DNA of 64,000 bases. Source: Macrostomum lignano (lineage: Eukaryota). The notes under the pieces were generated by a model. It was not told the origin of the DNA. It searched no databases and saw only the letters and a list, made by a program, of their open reading frames with translations. The number at the start of each line of letters is the position of its first letter. The first letter of the stretch is position 1. This document shows, piece after piece, positions 37,706 through 51,234 of this stretch. The stretch covers positions 124,001 to 188,000 of the forward strand of contig NIVC01002447.1 in NCBI GenBank assembly GCA_002269645.1, in the 5' to 3' direction. Made by a program: the position numbers and the translations under genes.

Positions 37706-37741
37706 CCCATTCAGCTTATATATATATATAAGCTGAATGGG
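37706..37741. repeat. Perfect 36-bp palindrome with a (TA)n core
   Basis: cccattcagcttatatatatatataagctgaatggg. Confidence 0.9.
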
Positions 37742-38763
37742 CAACAAATAAACTAGACTGTTAATGTCACAACTTGGTGCTTTATTAAGGTGCTTTGTAG
37801 GCAAACCTGAGCTGGTGCAGTGGCTGATGCAATCAGGCTGCCAAGCTGCTGTCTACTCCATCGGATTGTCAACCATATTGAGACAAATAGGGGCAAGCAA
37901 ATGGGCAGTAAGCAGGAACATCACAATCAATGGGCAGAAGGGCACAGATAAACAAGATAAATCAATGGGCAGAGATAAATAATAAGGGCACAGGCAGCAG
38001 TTGGTAACTTGGTAAAGTATCAAAGATGGAGATTTACACAGTCAAGTCACACAGTTAAGTGCAATGGCTTAGTTTCACCTTTAATACTCCTCCAGCTGTC
38101 TTAACCAATTGACAAACAAATCCAATTGCTGGAGCTGGAATCACCCCGCATGCACTCTAATTGAGATTTTGCCTAGTGGGGTTCCCAGTTGATTTGTTGG
38201 CCACCAACTACTCGGCTGCTGCGGCAACCAACTGAAATGAGGCCTGCATGTGTGCATTTACCCTAACTGCTTTTTGTAAAATTTTAATACATACATACAT
38301 GATTAAAATTTCTACCTTAGAGCTCAATCCGGATTAAAGCTATTTACAAATTAAAGTAAATCTAAGAGAGACAGGAAAACCTTCCTGTTTTTATTTAGGT
38401 CCTTTAGGACTGATCTTTAAAAAGATTCTTAAAGCTTTAATCTCCAAATTAAGCTTTGTTCAAAAAGTTGAAGAAATACCACTTGATGTTGCAGACCAGT
38501 ATAGCAATCGCTTCCATCACTTTTATCATTGAGAATTCATTCATCCCAAAGGGCATTGAAATTGTTTTTTGGTCATATGGAAGCCGCATGTATACTTAAC
38601 TACTATAAGTAGGCTGAGGGCTCTTTAAAATAATAAAACACGCCCGCATCTTTCAGGTCCAGCAGCCATCCGCCAGGACCTGAACCGTGGCGTCATCCAA
38701 TCGGCCATTCTGCCATCGTCGCCACTCAGCCGCCCTCCGCTTGACGCCGGCTGAGCGATCGTC

Positions 38764-41700
38764 ATGAGCGGCCCGGATCCGGCCGCCGATCCCGCCCGGC
38801 CGCCACCGCCTCCGCCTCCTCCACCGCCTCCGCCGGCCTCTGCAACGGCCGCGGAAAAGTCGACCACCCCGACCGACGAGCTGGAAGCCCCCGCCGACCA
38901 ACCGGACGCGCCCTGCGACTGCCGTGTCTGCCGGGCAGCCAGCGCCGCCGGGAGCGCCGGCCGAAGGCGGGTGGCCACCGTTGCCGCCAGGGTGCAGCGA
39001 AGCCTTCGAGCGCTGAGCAGCGGCGGCGACTGCGCGGATCAGCAGCTGCAGCAGCCGGCAACCCCGGATCCCAAGCTGGCGCGGATGGCCGACTGGCTGG
39101 TCGATCGGGACCCCGGAGCTCTGTACAATGCGCTCGAGGATGTGGGCCGGCAGCAGGTAGCTGCTTCTTGCTATCCCCTAGTGTTCCCCAATCCCCATCC
39201 CCTAGTGTTCCCCAATCCCCATCCCCTAATGTTCCCCAATCCCCATCCCCTAGTGTCCCCTAATCCCCATCCCCTAGTGTTCCCCAATCCCCATCCCTTA
39301 GTGTTCCCAAATCCCAATCCCCTAGTGTCCCCCAATCCCTATTCCTTAGTGTTCCCCAATCCCATCCCCTAATGTTCCCCAATCCCCATCCCCTAGTGTT
39401 CCCCAATCCCCATCCCCTAGTGTCCCCCAATCCCCATCCCCTAGTGTCCCCCAATCCCCATCCCCTAGTGTTCCCCAATCCCCATCCCCTAATGTTCCCC
39501 AATCCCCATTCCCGTAGTGTTCCCTAATCCCCATCCCCTAGTGTCCCCCAATCCCTATTCCTTAGTGTTCCCCAATCCCCATCCCCTAATGTTCCCCAAT
39601 CCCCATTCCCGTAGTGTTCCCTAATCCCCATCCCCTAGTGTCCCCCAATCCCTATTCCTTAGTGTTCCCCAATCCCATCCCCTAGTGTTCCCCAATCCCC
39701 ATCCCTTAGTGTTCCCAAATCCCAATCCCCTAGTGTCCCCCAATCCCCATCTTCTAGTGTTCCCCAATCCCTATCCCCTAATGTTCCCCAATCCCCATCC
39801 CCTAATGTTCCCCAATCCCCATCCCCTAATGTTCCCCAATCCCATCCCCTAGATTATTCAATTCCCCTTTCCCTCCCCCATGACCCATACACTCCAATCG
39901 CTCAGCCAGCCCCTTCCTCAACCGCCAGGTGCAAGACGCGCAGAACCGGCTGCTGGCGCAGCTGAAGGACACGGGGCTGGGCAAGCGAGAGCACTGCCGC
40001 GCCTTCGTGCTGGCCATGTGCCGCGAGTTCGAGCGCCTCCGCCGGACAGCAAAGCGTCAGTCAGAGGTGATTCGCACACTGGAGGCGACGCACCTGTCAG
40101 AGATGGACCTGTCCTGGGAGCTGCTGTGCCAGCACTGGTTCCACTCGCTGGTGTACTGCTGTGACCAGATGCGCGCGGTGCACTGCGTGCTCATGGAGCG
40201 GCTCAAGCCGCTGCCAGACGAACGCGAGACTCCGTCGCCGTTGAAGCGATTCCTCGAGCTGGACTCGGCGATGTCTGAGGTGGCCAAGCGGTGGCGCAAG
40301 GCACAGCAGCTGCTTGACACCTGGCAGGAGAGGAACTGCCCGCCGCCCACCGCTGCCGCCTGCCTTGGCCTGGCCGAGGACCTGCTGTCCGACGAGTCTC
40401 TCATGCGCCAGCTGTATAAGATGCACGTCAGCCAGGGTGAGCTGCCACCGACCTCTGGTCCCACTGGTCTGATCCCACTGACTACTCTGATCCCACTGAC
40501 TGCTCTGATCTGATCCATGTGTCCTAAAAATCTTAACTACTTTGATATTCCATCTGATGCTACTGATCTACCACCAGAAGACCCTACTGTCCCACTACTG
40601 AACCCTCGCTCTCTCCCCCTCCATCAGGCGGTCAGTTAAACGGCGCCAGTCCGGCCGGCGGCAGCCAGTCGCCAGCAGCGGCAGCATCTTCAGCCTCATC
40701 TACTGCGTCAACCAGCGGCTTGGATGGCACGGCGGCGTCCTCGTACACATGCATGAAGTGCCGTCGCACCCTGTGCGCCTGCTCGGTGTGCTCATTCTCT
40801 CACTACGTGACCTGCGGCATGCGGCCCGGCTTCGTCGACGCTGAGGATCTCGAAGCCGAGGTCGAAGCGGAGCGGCGGCAAAGGCGGAGGCGCAGGCGGC
40901 GGCAGCAGGAGCAGCGGGAGCAGCAGCGCGGCTGCTCCGCCGGCTCGCGGGGCTCCTGTCGCTGCGGCAGCGACGCGGACTCGGCGTCCGGCGGCTCCTC
41001 GGCGTCGTCGTCTCCGGCCGATTCGCCTGACCGGCTGTCGCTATCCGACTCGTCCTTCTACTCCACTTCTTCGTCTACGGGTTCGTCGCGATCCGGGTCG
41101 AATTTCGAGGCCGCCGCCGCCGCTGTCATGGCCGACCAGCGCGGGCGGGCGCGGCAGAGACGCCGGTTGAGGCGCGGTGGCGGCAGCGGCGATGGCGAAG
41201 GCAGCGGCGCAGAGTCGCGCAACGCCGCCGCGGCTTCGGTGGCCTCGGCGGTCATCGAGTCGGCGGCAGCGAATGTTGCCTCCAGTCGCGACGACGGTGG
41301 CGGTGGGCGTCGCGGAGTTTCTCTGTCGCCTTCGGGCGGGTCGCGGTCTTTAGAGGTCGGCGCAATCACGCCGTTGTCAACATCGCCGAATTCGAAGTTC
41401 TGCGACTGCTGCTACTGCGAGGTGTTCGGGCACGCGGGCGGCACCCCGGCTGGCCAGCAACCGGCCGTGCCGCCGAAATTCTACGAGAAGCGCGAGCAGC
41501 TGCGGCAGAAGCTAAAGCGCAAGAAGGAGCTGCAGCAGCAGCGGCAAGAGGCCGCGCAGCAGCAGCCGCAGCCGGCGGCCGAAGGCGGCGACATCGACGA
41601 GCTGGTGAAGTTCATCGAGGGCGAGCCGGCGACCTCTACGGCGGCCAAGCGGGAGGCCAAGAAGGCCAGGCAGAAGGCCAAAAAGGCGGCCGCTAAGAAG

Positions 41701-43346
41701 CCGAATGCGAAATCCTCGAACTGTCTGGAGGCTGCGGATGTCGATGAGGCGGCCGAATCTCCGGCGCCTAGCGCCGACGTTCCAGTGGAGACCCCGCGGT
41801 CCAAGGCGGTGCCGGAGCAGCCGGCAGAGGCGCCCAAGTCTGCGGCGGCGGCCTCCAGTCAGCAGCGGCAGGAGGCGGCCAGCCAGCCATCACGCAAGCC
41901 TGCAGCTCCCAGCAGCAACGGCAGCAGCAAGTACGGCTGCTCCATCGGCGCGAGGCCTCGCGGCTTTGCCCACCCCGCCGCCTCCGCCGCAGCTCCGCCA
42001 ATCGGTGCAAATCAGCAGCAGCAGCAGCAGCCCCTAGCAACCGTTGCTAACGGAGCCATTGGAGCCAAGAGTCGGCACCAGAGCAATAGCTACCAGCACT
42101 ACCAGCAGCAGCCGCATCAGCAGTACTTCACTAACCATCCTCCTCAGCAGCAGCAGCAGCAATATTCCAGGCAGGTCAGGCAGACCCGCACCATAGTCAG
42201 CTCGAGTCGGCAGCAGGCGCACCAGCAGACAAGGCAACAGCAACAGCAGCATGTGTACAGCTTTGGTAGAACCAAGAACTTTGCACCGTCACCAGCGGCA
42301 ATAGGCGGTTCAATGCAGCAGCAGCAGCAGCAGCAGCAGCCACTGCAATTCAGACCCCAGCAGCGCCATCAGCTGGGCTACCAGCATCGCGGCAAGCAGC
42401 CGCAGCAACAGAGACAACATCAGCAGCAGCAGCATCGACAGACAGCAACTGGCAGTAGAAACGGACCCGCTAGAGAAGATATTGGTGAGTGCAGGGTTGG
42501 GACATTTGAGTGCAGGGTTGGGACATTTGGGTGCAGGATTGGGAAATTTTGGTGCAGGGTTGGGACATTTGGGTGCAGGGTTGGGGCATTTGGGTGCAGG
42601 GTTGGGGCATTTGGGTGCAGGGTTGGGACATTTGGGTGCAGGGTTGGGGCATTTGGGTGCAGGGTTGGGACATTTGGGTGCAGGGTTGGGACATTTGGGT
42701 GCAGGGTTGGGACATTTGGGTGCAGGGTTGGGGCATTTCATTTGGGTGCAGGGTCGGAACATTTGGGTGCAGGGTTGGGACATTTAGGTGCAGGGTTAGG
42801 ACATTTGGGTGCAGGGTTGGGGCATTTGGGTGCAGGGTTGGGACATTTGGGTGCAGGGTTGGGGCATTTGGGTGCAGGGCTTAGATTTTTGTGAGATGCT
42901 GGATGCAGGTGAGGCTGGGTGCAGGTGGACTGGGTGCAGGGGAGGCTGGATGCAGAGAGGCTGGGTGCAGGTGGACTGGGTGCAGGGAGGCTGGGTGCAG
43001 GGAGGCTGGGTACAGGTGGACTGGGTGCAGGTAGGAATTAGATTTGCGTACTTCATTATCATTAATCCCATGACAAACAGCAGTGCATTTGCTTACCCCT
43101 GTGGCAGAGGAAGTGTTCAAACCGCGCCTTGGCAGCTGCGAGGGAGAAGAGGTGGACCCAGTTGTGGAGCAGTTCAAAAGGTAAGTGAAACAGTGATTTC
43201 ACTATTCATAATTTGCTGTTTGGTGCTCAGCAGCTGGAAAATCAAAATTCCGACCTCGCAGCTTCGTGATGAACGTTGAGGCGCCGAAGGAGCGGCAGAA
43301 GGTGCGGCTGGACATCGGCACCATCGCTCTGAGCAAGAAGAAATGA
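38764..43346 (+). CDS. FAM193A: FAM193A-like protein (exons 38764-39156, 39929-40436, 40628-42484, 43108-43180, 43262-43346)
   Basis: Phase-consistent GT-AG splicing. EATHLSEMDLSWELLCQHWFHSLVY, FCDCCYCEVFGH, EKREQLRQKL, DIDELVKFIEG and C-terminal EVFKP...EVDPVVEQFK-SFVM...RQKVRLD match FAM193 conserved blocks. Confidence 0.85.
39170..39850. repeat. 24-bp C-rich minisatellite in FAM193A-like intron 1
   Basis: ccccatcccctagtgttccccaat units. Confidence 0.95.
42488..43030. repeat. 21-bp G-rich minisatellite plus a short second array in FAM193A-like intron 3
   Basis: gggtgcagggttgggacattt units to about 42880, then ggctgggtgcaggtggactgggtgcag-type units. Confidence 0.95.
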
Positions 43347-43679
43347 TAATCCAGCCCCACCTGCAGATTGTCTCGATATTAACAGTGCATCGTGTTTGTG
43401 CGTTTGTGCGTTATCCATTTTGCTTTAAACTTGCGGTTCTGTGGTAGCTTTTTCCCATCTGCGCTTGCTATAATTGTAGAAATCTAATTTCCTGTTAATT
43501 TGCATCTCCGTCGAAGTTTTTGTCCAATAATGCTTTTTTTCTTTTGCTCCGTTTCTTGGCTTTTTGTTTGTTTTTTGCTCTCTGCTACTTTTAATCTGCG
43601 GCATGCAGTAAGTGTTTGCTGTCAAGTATCATTTGTTAGATAAAGTCATTTTCAAATTTGCTCCACAATGAGACTGTGC

Positions 43680-45070
43680 ATGGGGAGGGGTGTTCCCCTT
43701 CCCCTAGTGTCCCCCACCCCTTGTGTTCCCCTTCCCCTAGTGTCCCCCATCCCCTAGTGTCCCCCATCCCCTGGTGTTCTCCTTCCCCTAGTGTCCCCCA
43801 TCCCCTTGTGTTCCCCTTCCCCCTAGTGTCCCCCATCCCCTAGTGTCCCCCATCCCCTGGTGTTCCCCATCCCCTAGTGTCCCCATCCCCTAGTATCCCC
43901 ATCCCCTAGTGTTCCCCATCCCCTAGTATCCCCATCCCCTTGTGTTCCCCTTCCCCTAGTGTCCCCATCCCCTAGTGTCCCCATCCCCTTGTGTTCCCCT
44001 TCCCCTAGTGTTCCCCTTCCCCTAGTGTTCCCCATTCCCTAGTGTCCCCATCCCCTAGTGTCCCCATCCCCTAGTGTCCCCCATCCCCTAGTGTTCCCCA
44101 CCCTCGAGTGTCCCCCATCCCCTAGTGTTCCCCACCCTCGAGTGTCCCCCTTCCCCTAGTGTCCCCATCCCCTTGTGTTCCCCTTTCCCTAGTGTTCCCC
44201 ATTCCCTAGTGTCCCCATCCCCTAGTGTCCCCCTTCCCCTAGTGTTCCCCATTCCCTAGTGTCCCCCATCCCCTAGTGTCCCCCACCCCCTAGTGTCCCC
44301 CTTCCCCTAGTGTTCCCCATCCCCTAGTGTCCCCATCCCCTAGTGTCCCCATCCCCTAGTGTCCCCATCCCCTAGTGTCCCCCATCCCCTTGTGTTCCCC
44401 TTCCCCTAGTGTCCCCATCCCCGAGTGTTCCCCATCCCCGAGTTTTCCCCATCCCCTGGTGTTCCCCATCCCCTGGTGTTCCCCATCCCCTGGTGTTTCC
44501 CATCCCCTAGTGTTCCCCATTCCCTAGTGTTCCCCATCCCCTGGTGTTTCCCATCCCCTAGTGTTCCCCATCCCCTGGTGTTTCCCATCCCCTAGTGTTC
44601 CCCATCCCCTAGTGTTCCCCATTCCCTAGTGTTCCCCATCCCCTGGTGTTTCCCATCCCCTAGTGTTCCCCATCCCCTAGTGTTCCCCATCCCCTGGTGT
44701 TTCCCATCCCCTAGTGTTCCCCATCCCCTAGTGTCCCCCATTCCCTAGTGTTCCCCATCCCCTGGTGTTCCCCTTCCCCTAGTGTCCCCCATCCCCTAGT
44801 GTCCCCCATCCCCTAGTGTCCCCCATTCCCTAGTGTCCCCCACCCCCTGGTGTTCCCCATCCCCTAGTGTCCCCCATCCCCTAGTGTTCCCCATCCCCTA
44901 GTGTCCCCCATTCCCTAGTGTTCCCCATCCCCTGGTGTTCCCCTTCCCCTAGTGTCCCCCATTCCCTAGTGTCCCCCACCCCCTGGTGTTCCCCTTCCCC
45001 TAGTGTCCCCCATCCCCTAGTGTCCCCCACCCCCTGGTGTTCCCCATCCCCTAGTGTCCCCCATTCCCTA
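43680..45070. repeat. 16-17-bp C-rich minisatellite
   Basis: cccctagtgt(t)ccccat units, same core as the intron 1 array. Confidence 0.95.
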
Positions 45071-45813
45071 GTTTTGTAAACGCACAATCCCCTGCTTCGG
45101 TGCCGTGGTCGAGGGCGCATTCATTTGGATCTTGTGTGCACAAAAATTGGCTAAGGGGTTCTCGGGCGATTGCAAGCCACGGAGAGTGTACATGCCCGAA
45201 GGATTAGAAAGTCAGGGCGGCTGTACACCCTGTGTGAACGTTCAAGACAAACAGACTATATGCAGTGAATTGCAACAGCGCAAATTTGGAAATGTTTTAC
45301 TCTGACAAACGGTACAGAGAGTCGAGAGAACAGAGGTTATAGAAATTGCGCAAATAACTGTCGTGTATTTTTAGCTGACTTTATTTTTTTGTCTGCTTTG
45401 ACGTGTGTGCCGCGCTTTATTAATCAACATGCCAGGATGCTTGCGCACTGTCTGCTGCTGTTGTTACAGCTGTCTGTCTATCTGTCTACAGCGCATCAAG
45501 TGGAGTTGGTCCGATTGAAATTTGAATTTTGCGCTCTGACTGTCTCGCCTCCGCCTGCGGTGTACATTCACTGCTGCCCGCATCATCATGGATAATGACA
45601 TAATTTATTTAAATATATATATATATATAGTGTATAAATTCGTTACTAATGCACAGTATATTTCACTGCAACAATTCCCCGATGGAGCAATCCGCGCTAA
45701 GGAAATGTTGCACTTGTGCGTAAGCGTTAATTCCCGCTAGGAAAATGTTTTTTGTGTCAGTTGCTTTGGGGATCGAGTTGGAAGGAATGACGTTTAGCCA
45801 TCGTTTTGAAATT

Positions 45814-46528
45814 CTGGTCACTAATCAGTGTGCAATCTGGTCACAGATCAGTGTGCAATCTGGGCACTAATCAGTAAGCAATCTGGTCACTAATCAGTGT
45901 GCAATTTGGTCACTAATCACTGTGCAATCTGGTCACTAATCAGTGCAATTTGGTCACTAATCAGTGTGCAATCTGGTCACTAATCAGTGTGCAATCTGGG
46001 CACTAATCAGTGTGCAATCTGGTCACTAATCAGTGTGCAATCTGGGCACTAATCAGTGTGCAATCTGGGCACTAATCAGTGTGCAATCTGGGCACTAATC
46101 AGTGTGCAATGTGGTCACAGATCAGTGTGCAATCTGGGCACTAATCAGTGTGCAATCTGGGCACTAATCAGTGTGCAATGTGGTCACAGATCAGTGTGCA
46201 ATCTGGGCACTAATCAGTGTGCAATCTGGGCACTAATCACTGTGCAATCTGGTCACTAATCAGTGTGCAATCTGGTCACTAATCAGTGTGCAATCTGGTC
46301 ACTAATCAGTGTGCAATGTGGTCACTAATCACTGTGCAATCTGGTCACTAATCACTGTGCAATCTGGTCACTAATCAGTGTGCAATGTGGTCACTAATCA
46401 CTGTGCAATCTGGTCACTAATCAGTGTGCAATCTGGTCACTAATCAGTGTAATCTGGTCACTAATCAGTGTGCAATTCTGGTCACTAATCAGTGCAATCT
46501 GGTCACTAATCAGTGTGCAATTCTGGTC
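45814..46528. repeat. 23-bp minisatellite (2 further units at about 47088-47130)
   Basis: ctggtcactaatcagtgtgcaat units. Confidence 0.95.
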
Positions 46529-48062
46529 ATGGTAACTAACAGTAGCAATGCCAAGCCATTTTTCCGCCCGTCGAACTACCAAATAGGGGAAGGGGGAAAT
46601 TGCCCCCCCCCCTGACAATTTTTTTGCTGCGCCAGAACGGAGCAACGCAGGCACACGAAATTCAAGAACACGGGCTAACTTTTTGTTGCGCACCTTCTCA
46701 AACAAGAATCAAGTCGCCAGCCCTCCGGACCGTCGAGATATTCGACGATTCTGCCAGAAGGTCGGATTTTTCCCCATATTCCCATCAGTACACCCCTGTG
46801 CGCCAATTAGCACTGCGCCTCAGTACGGCCGTGCCAAGTCTCCAAATTTCATCAGAACATCGACCACATGTGTCCGCATCAGTTCTGACTTCGTTGGTCA
46901 CTAGCCTTCACCCAGGTGGAGCTTCTGGACCCTCAACAGCTGTGGCACCAGGTGACTATGGACACCCTGATGCGGATTTCTCTATTTTCGCTGATCAAGC
47001 CTCGACAGTGGGCAAAAATCAACTGCTGGACATCCTCAGCTAGTCAGTCAAACATTCAGCCATCACCCCGACGCCGTCGGCACCTTCAGTGTGCAATCTG
47101 GTCACTAATCAGTGTGCAATCTGGTCACTAAGCAGACCCACCGAGTTGTGCCCCCATTCAGTGACCAACTTTTAGAAAATTCAAAGCTGACTGTGTCGTC
47201 AAAACTTAAAATGGTTTGGGGGGAGCTGCAAAGGTCAACAATGCGTCAACATGCATCAGAGACAAGGCCACGTTCTTCCTACACGTCGTGCAGACTTGAG
47301 TGTTTAGAATAATAAAGCCTGCGCTGCCATAGCAACTGCATGAGGCACTCCAAGCACTTAAATCACTTTGTGCCGTATCAAATAGAGGTCAAACGTGCTT
47401 CCGGATCTTTTGCACTGACGGAGCATTTATTTTTGCTCATTCGAAATGCCTATTGCTTACTGCCGCAATGGTCTGCTTTCACATGGAGCTCTAGATAAAG
47501 AAACTGCAGGAGTGGAAATTGCTGGCTGGGCTGGGTATAGCACCCATTTTCCTGGCCTACACAAGTGCTCAAAGATAAACAAAAGTAGTTAGCAGTTGTT
47601 GCTATCTTATGATCAAAGCATCGAGAGGGGTTGCGACTATACGCTTGTATCGATAGACTTGCTGTAGGTGCGAAATGAGAACACCAACAGCACTAATCAT
47701 TCTCGTAAGAATTTTTTAAAGAAACCACATTTATAAAATTCATATTTTTAAGTCATGAATACCAAAAGTAGCCCCCCATCAGCCTCCTCATTGGTCAGTT
47801 TCCCATCCAGATTCTGCCTCTAAAAGCCCACGGCTATCTGACTTGACCCTACGGGACGTGCCTGACTGCTGGAAAAACAGCGCGGCTGTTATCTGTTATC
47901 TTTATCGGCTGCCCAGCAACGCCTTCAATATTAGCCTGCTGACTTACCTGCCTACTCCACCCACCTGTGAGCGGCCACGCTTCCTTGTGGTTTCTTGTGG
48001 CCTTCAAACTAGGTAGCAACTATCGATATAGTCTCTCTGCGTAGTCCCAACTGCATGTTGTC

Positions 48063-49142
48063 ATGACAACTGAAAATTACGCCAGCAACCAGCAGTTTGT
48101 GGACACGAAGGAGGACCTGCTGGTTGAGTGTCGAGCCGACCAGAGCAGCGCGCAGTGCGCTCTGGCCACCATGCTGGGCGTCCTGTCCGCCTACGGCCTG
48201 CCGCTGATGTTCGGCCTGTGCCTGGTCAGCAACTGCCTCGTCATCTACGTCTGCATCGTGCGCCTGCGGCTTGAGAGCCGCTTCAGCGTCTACCTCTGCG
48301 CCTTCTGCCTGTGCGACACCGTCCAGTCCTTGGTGTGGGGCTTCGCCTGGGTCTTCCCGGCCAGGGGCGTCCCGTTCATGACTCGGGGCAGTGCTGGCTA
48401 CTTGCTGATGAACGACAGCGACGGCGTCTGCAAAGCGGCGCGCTTTGTCCAGGCATTCAGCGCCGTGTGCGTCATCATTGTGCTGCTGGCTGGCGCCATC
48501 GACCGCTGTCTGACTGTCCACTGGCCGCTGTGGGCGCACCGACTGACCCGGAACCACGCCTTCGTGGGGGTCCTGGCCAGCGTGGCCGCGGCCATCCTGG
48601 TCTCGCTGCCGATGGTGGTCATCATGGGCCACACGGCGGTCCCGATGCGCGGCTACAACTCCTCCATCCTGTGCGGCATCGTGTTCAAGCCCAAGTCTGC
48701 CAGCTACTACGCGGCCATGGTCTACCGCCTGCTGGTGGCTGGCGACACCTCCATTCTGCTTATCGCGCCCGCCCTGGCCGTCAATGTCTTGATCACCTGC
48801 CGCATCGTGAGCATCACTCGGCAGCGCAGGCGCGTTGTGAATCCGGGCGGCTGGCCGCAGCCACGCCGGCCACAGCTGAGCCGCGAGGAGACCTCCGCCT
48901 CGCTCTCCATCGTGCTGATCAACCTGGTGTACTTCCTGACCTGCATCCCCAAGATTATCGGCATTCGCGGCCTGTACAACTCCATGGAGAACCCGGATGC
49001 GCCCGTGGAGACACGGTTCCTTATCAACCTGCACGACATCAGCGACCTGATGCTGCAGTGGACTGGCACCCTGACTATCATCATCGTGTTCAGGCAGATA
49101 AAGTCGTTCAGGCAGCACTTTAAGGCGATCCTCCGGTGCTAA
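48063..49142 (+). CDS. Class A (rhodopsin-like) GPCR, peptide-receptor-like, intronless
   Basis: 359 aa, seven hydrophobic segments; SNCLV (TM1 Asn), CLCDT (TM2 Asp), Cys in ECL1/ECL2, AIDRC (DRY variant), LVSLP (TM4), FLTCIP (TM6). Confidence 0.9.
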   Translation: MTTENYASNQQFVDTKEDLLVECRADQSSAQCALATMLGVLSAYGLPLMFGLCLVSNCLVIYVCIVRLRLESRFSVYLCAFCLCDTVQSLVWGFAWVFPARGVPFMTRGSAGYLLMNDSDGVCKAARFVQAFSAVCVIIVLLAGAIDRCLTVHWPLWAHRLTRNHAFVGVLASVAAAILVSLPMVVIMGHTAVPMRGYNSSILCGIVFKPKSASYYAAMVYRLLVAGDTSILLIAPALAVNVLITCRIVSITRQRRRVVNPGGWPQPRRPQLSREETSASLSIVLINLVYFLTCIPKIIGIRGLYNSMENPDAPVETRFLINLHDISDLMLQWTGTLTIIIVFRQIKSFRQHFKAILRC

Positions 49143-49904
49143 TGTACACCTGAGCCTGTTGGACAGTGAACAGTTTACATGGAAACTAGCATGACAACCT
49201 GTCTTCGCGTACTTTTTTTTACTGTTGTAATAAATTCAAGTCACAATAAACATGAATGGCCTTTAATAACTAATTTGCAATCCAAGCAGAAAGCGAAAAT
49301 TGTATGCTGTTGTTAGTATATAATATAGGGTTTCTAAATTTACATCTGTCTCGATCGTCAAAGCGCCTGTAGGACCTGTTGTGAGCCAAGGACCACCAGA
49401 AGTTCCGTAACAGTTACGACGGTAACTTCAATGCAGTGGTCCTTGTTGTGAGGTCTGCATATTTTTTCGGCCTTGTATTTGTGTTGGCAGCGGAACTGTG
49501 AACTCAAGCGTAGATTGCACTTAAATCTGGACGTGAAAAAATGCTACACCCTAAAGAAGATTCAAAATCGCTTCAGATTCTTTCCTCACTACTCATTAGT
49601 AAGCTAACCGCCGGACGGTTATCATGTTTCCAAAGCGACAGCGAAAACTGCTGTGCGATGCCGGGTAGCCGGGAGAAAACACACCCGATTTTCTATTTTT
49701 AAAGCTTGATTCCTTGCAAACCTTCACTGGCTTCGGGTTCTGGCGTTAGAGTTCAGGACCTTAAAGCTTGTCATGCGATTCTGCCCACTGTGTAAATACA
49801 TGACAGTACATGACAGTACATGACTGATCCTTCAGGCATGAAAGTAGGAAAGTCAGAGCCACTATTCATCTCATATCAGTGTGCGACTGCCTGCATATCC
49901 ACAT

Positions 49905-51048
49905 GCTGTCTGTCTGTCTTAGTGTTTGTCTGCCTTAGTGTGTTTGTCTGCCTTAGTGTTTGTCTGCCTTAGTGTTTGTCTGCCTTAGTGTGTTTGTCTG
50001 CCTTAGTGTTTGTCTGCCTTAGTGTGTTTGTCTGCCTTAGTGTTTGTCTGCCTTAGTGTTTGTCTGCCTTAGTGTTTGTCTGCCTTAGTGTGTTTGTCTG
50101 CCTAGTGTGTTTGTCTGCCTTAGTGTGTTTGTCTGCCTTAGTGTGTTTGTCTGCCTTAGTGTTTGTCTGCCTTAGTGTGTTTGTCTGCCTTAGTGTTTGT
50201 CTGCCTTAGTGTGTTTGTCTGCCTTAGTGTTTGTCTGCCTTAGTGTTTGTCTGCCTAGTGTGTTTGTCTGCCTAGTGTGTTTGTCTGCCTTAGTGTGTTT
50301 GTCTGCCTTAGTGTTTGTCTGCCTTAGTGTGTTTGTCTGCCTTAGTGTTTGTCTGCCTTAGTGTGTTTGTCTGCCTTAGTGTTTGTCTGCCTTAGTGTTT
50401 GTCTGCCTAGTGTGTTTGTCTGCCTAGTGTGTTTGTCTGCCTTAGTGTGTTTGTCTGCCTTAGTGTTTGTCTGCCTTAGTGTGTTTGTCTGCCTTAGTGT
50501 TTGTCTGCCTTAGTGTGTTTGTCTGCCTTAGTGTTTGTCTGCCTTAGTGTTTGTCTGCCTTAGTGTGTTTGTCTGCCTTAGTGTTTGTCTGCCTTAGTGT
50601 GTTTGTCTGCCTTAGTGTTTGTCTGCCTTAGTGTGTTTGTCTGCCTTAGTGTTTGTCTGCCTTAGTGTGTTTGTCTGCCTTAGTGTTTGTCTGCCTTAGT
50701 GTGTTTGTCTGCCTTAGTGTTTGTCTGCCTGTCTGTCTGTCTATCTTAGTGTCTGTCTGTCTATCTGTCTGTCTGTCTGCCTTAGTGTCTTTCTGTCTTA
50801 GTTTCTGTGTGTTTTAGTGTCTGTATGTCAGTCTGCCTTAGTATATGTATGTCTTAAAGTCTGTCTGTGTGTCTTAGTGCTTAGTGTCTTTCTGTCTGTC
50901 TTCGTGTCCTGTCTGTCTTCGTGTCCTGTCTGTCTTCGTGTCCTGTCTGTCTTCGTGTCCTGTCTGTCTTCGTGTCCTGTCTGTCTTCGTGTCCTGTCTG
51001 TCTTCGTGTCCTGTCTGTCTTCGTGTCCTGTCTGTCTATTTGTCTGTA

Positions 51049-51137
<89 letters not shown>

Positions 51138-51177
51138 TAGTGTCTGTCTTCGTGTCCTGTCTGTCTATTTGTCTGTA

Positions 51178-51234
<57 letters not shown>

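Noticed and set aside
42485-42894. C-terminal (CRVGTFG)n/(HLGAGLG)n part of the 724-aa ORF
   Set aside because: Lies after a gtgagt donor at 42485; the conserved FAM193 C-terminus is encoded by downstream exons
48009-49123. 369-aa antisense and 270-aa alternative-frame ORFs
   Set aside because: Shadows of the GC-rich GPCR coding sequence
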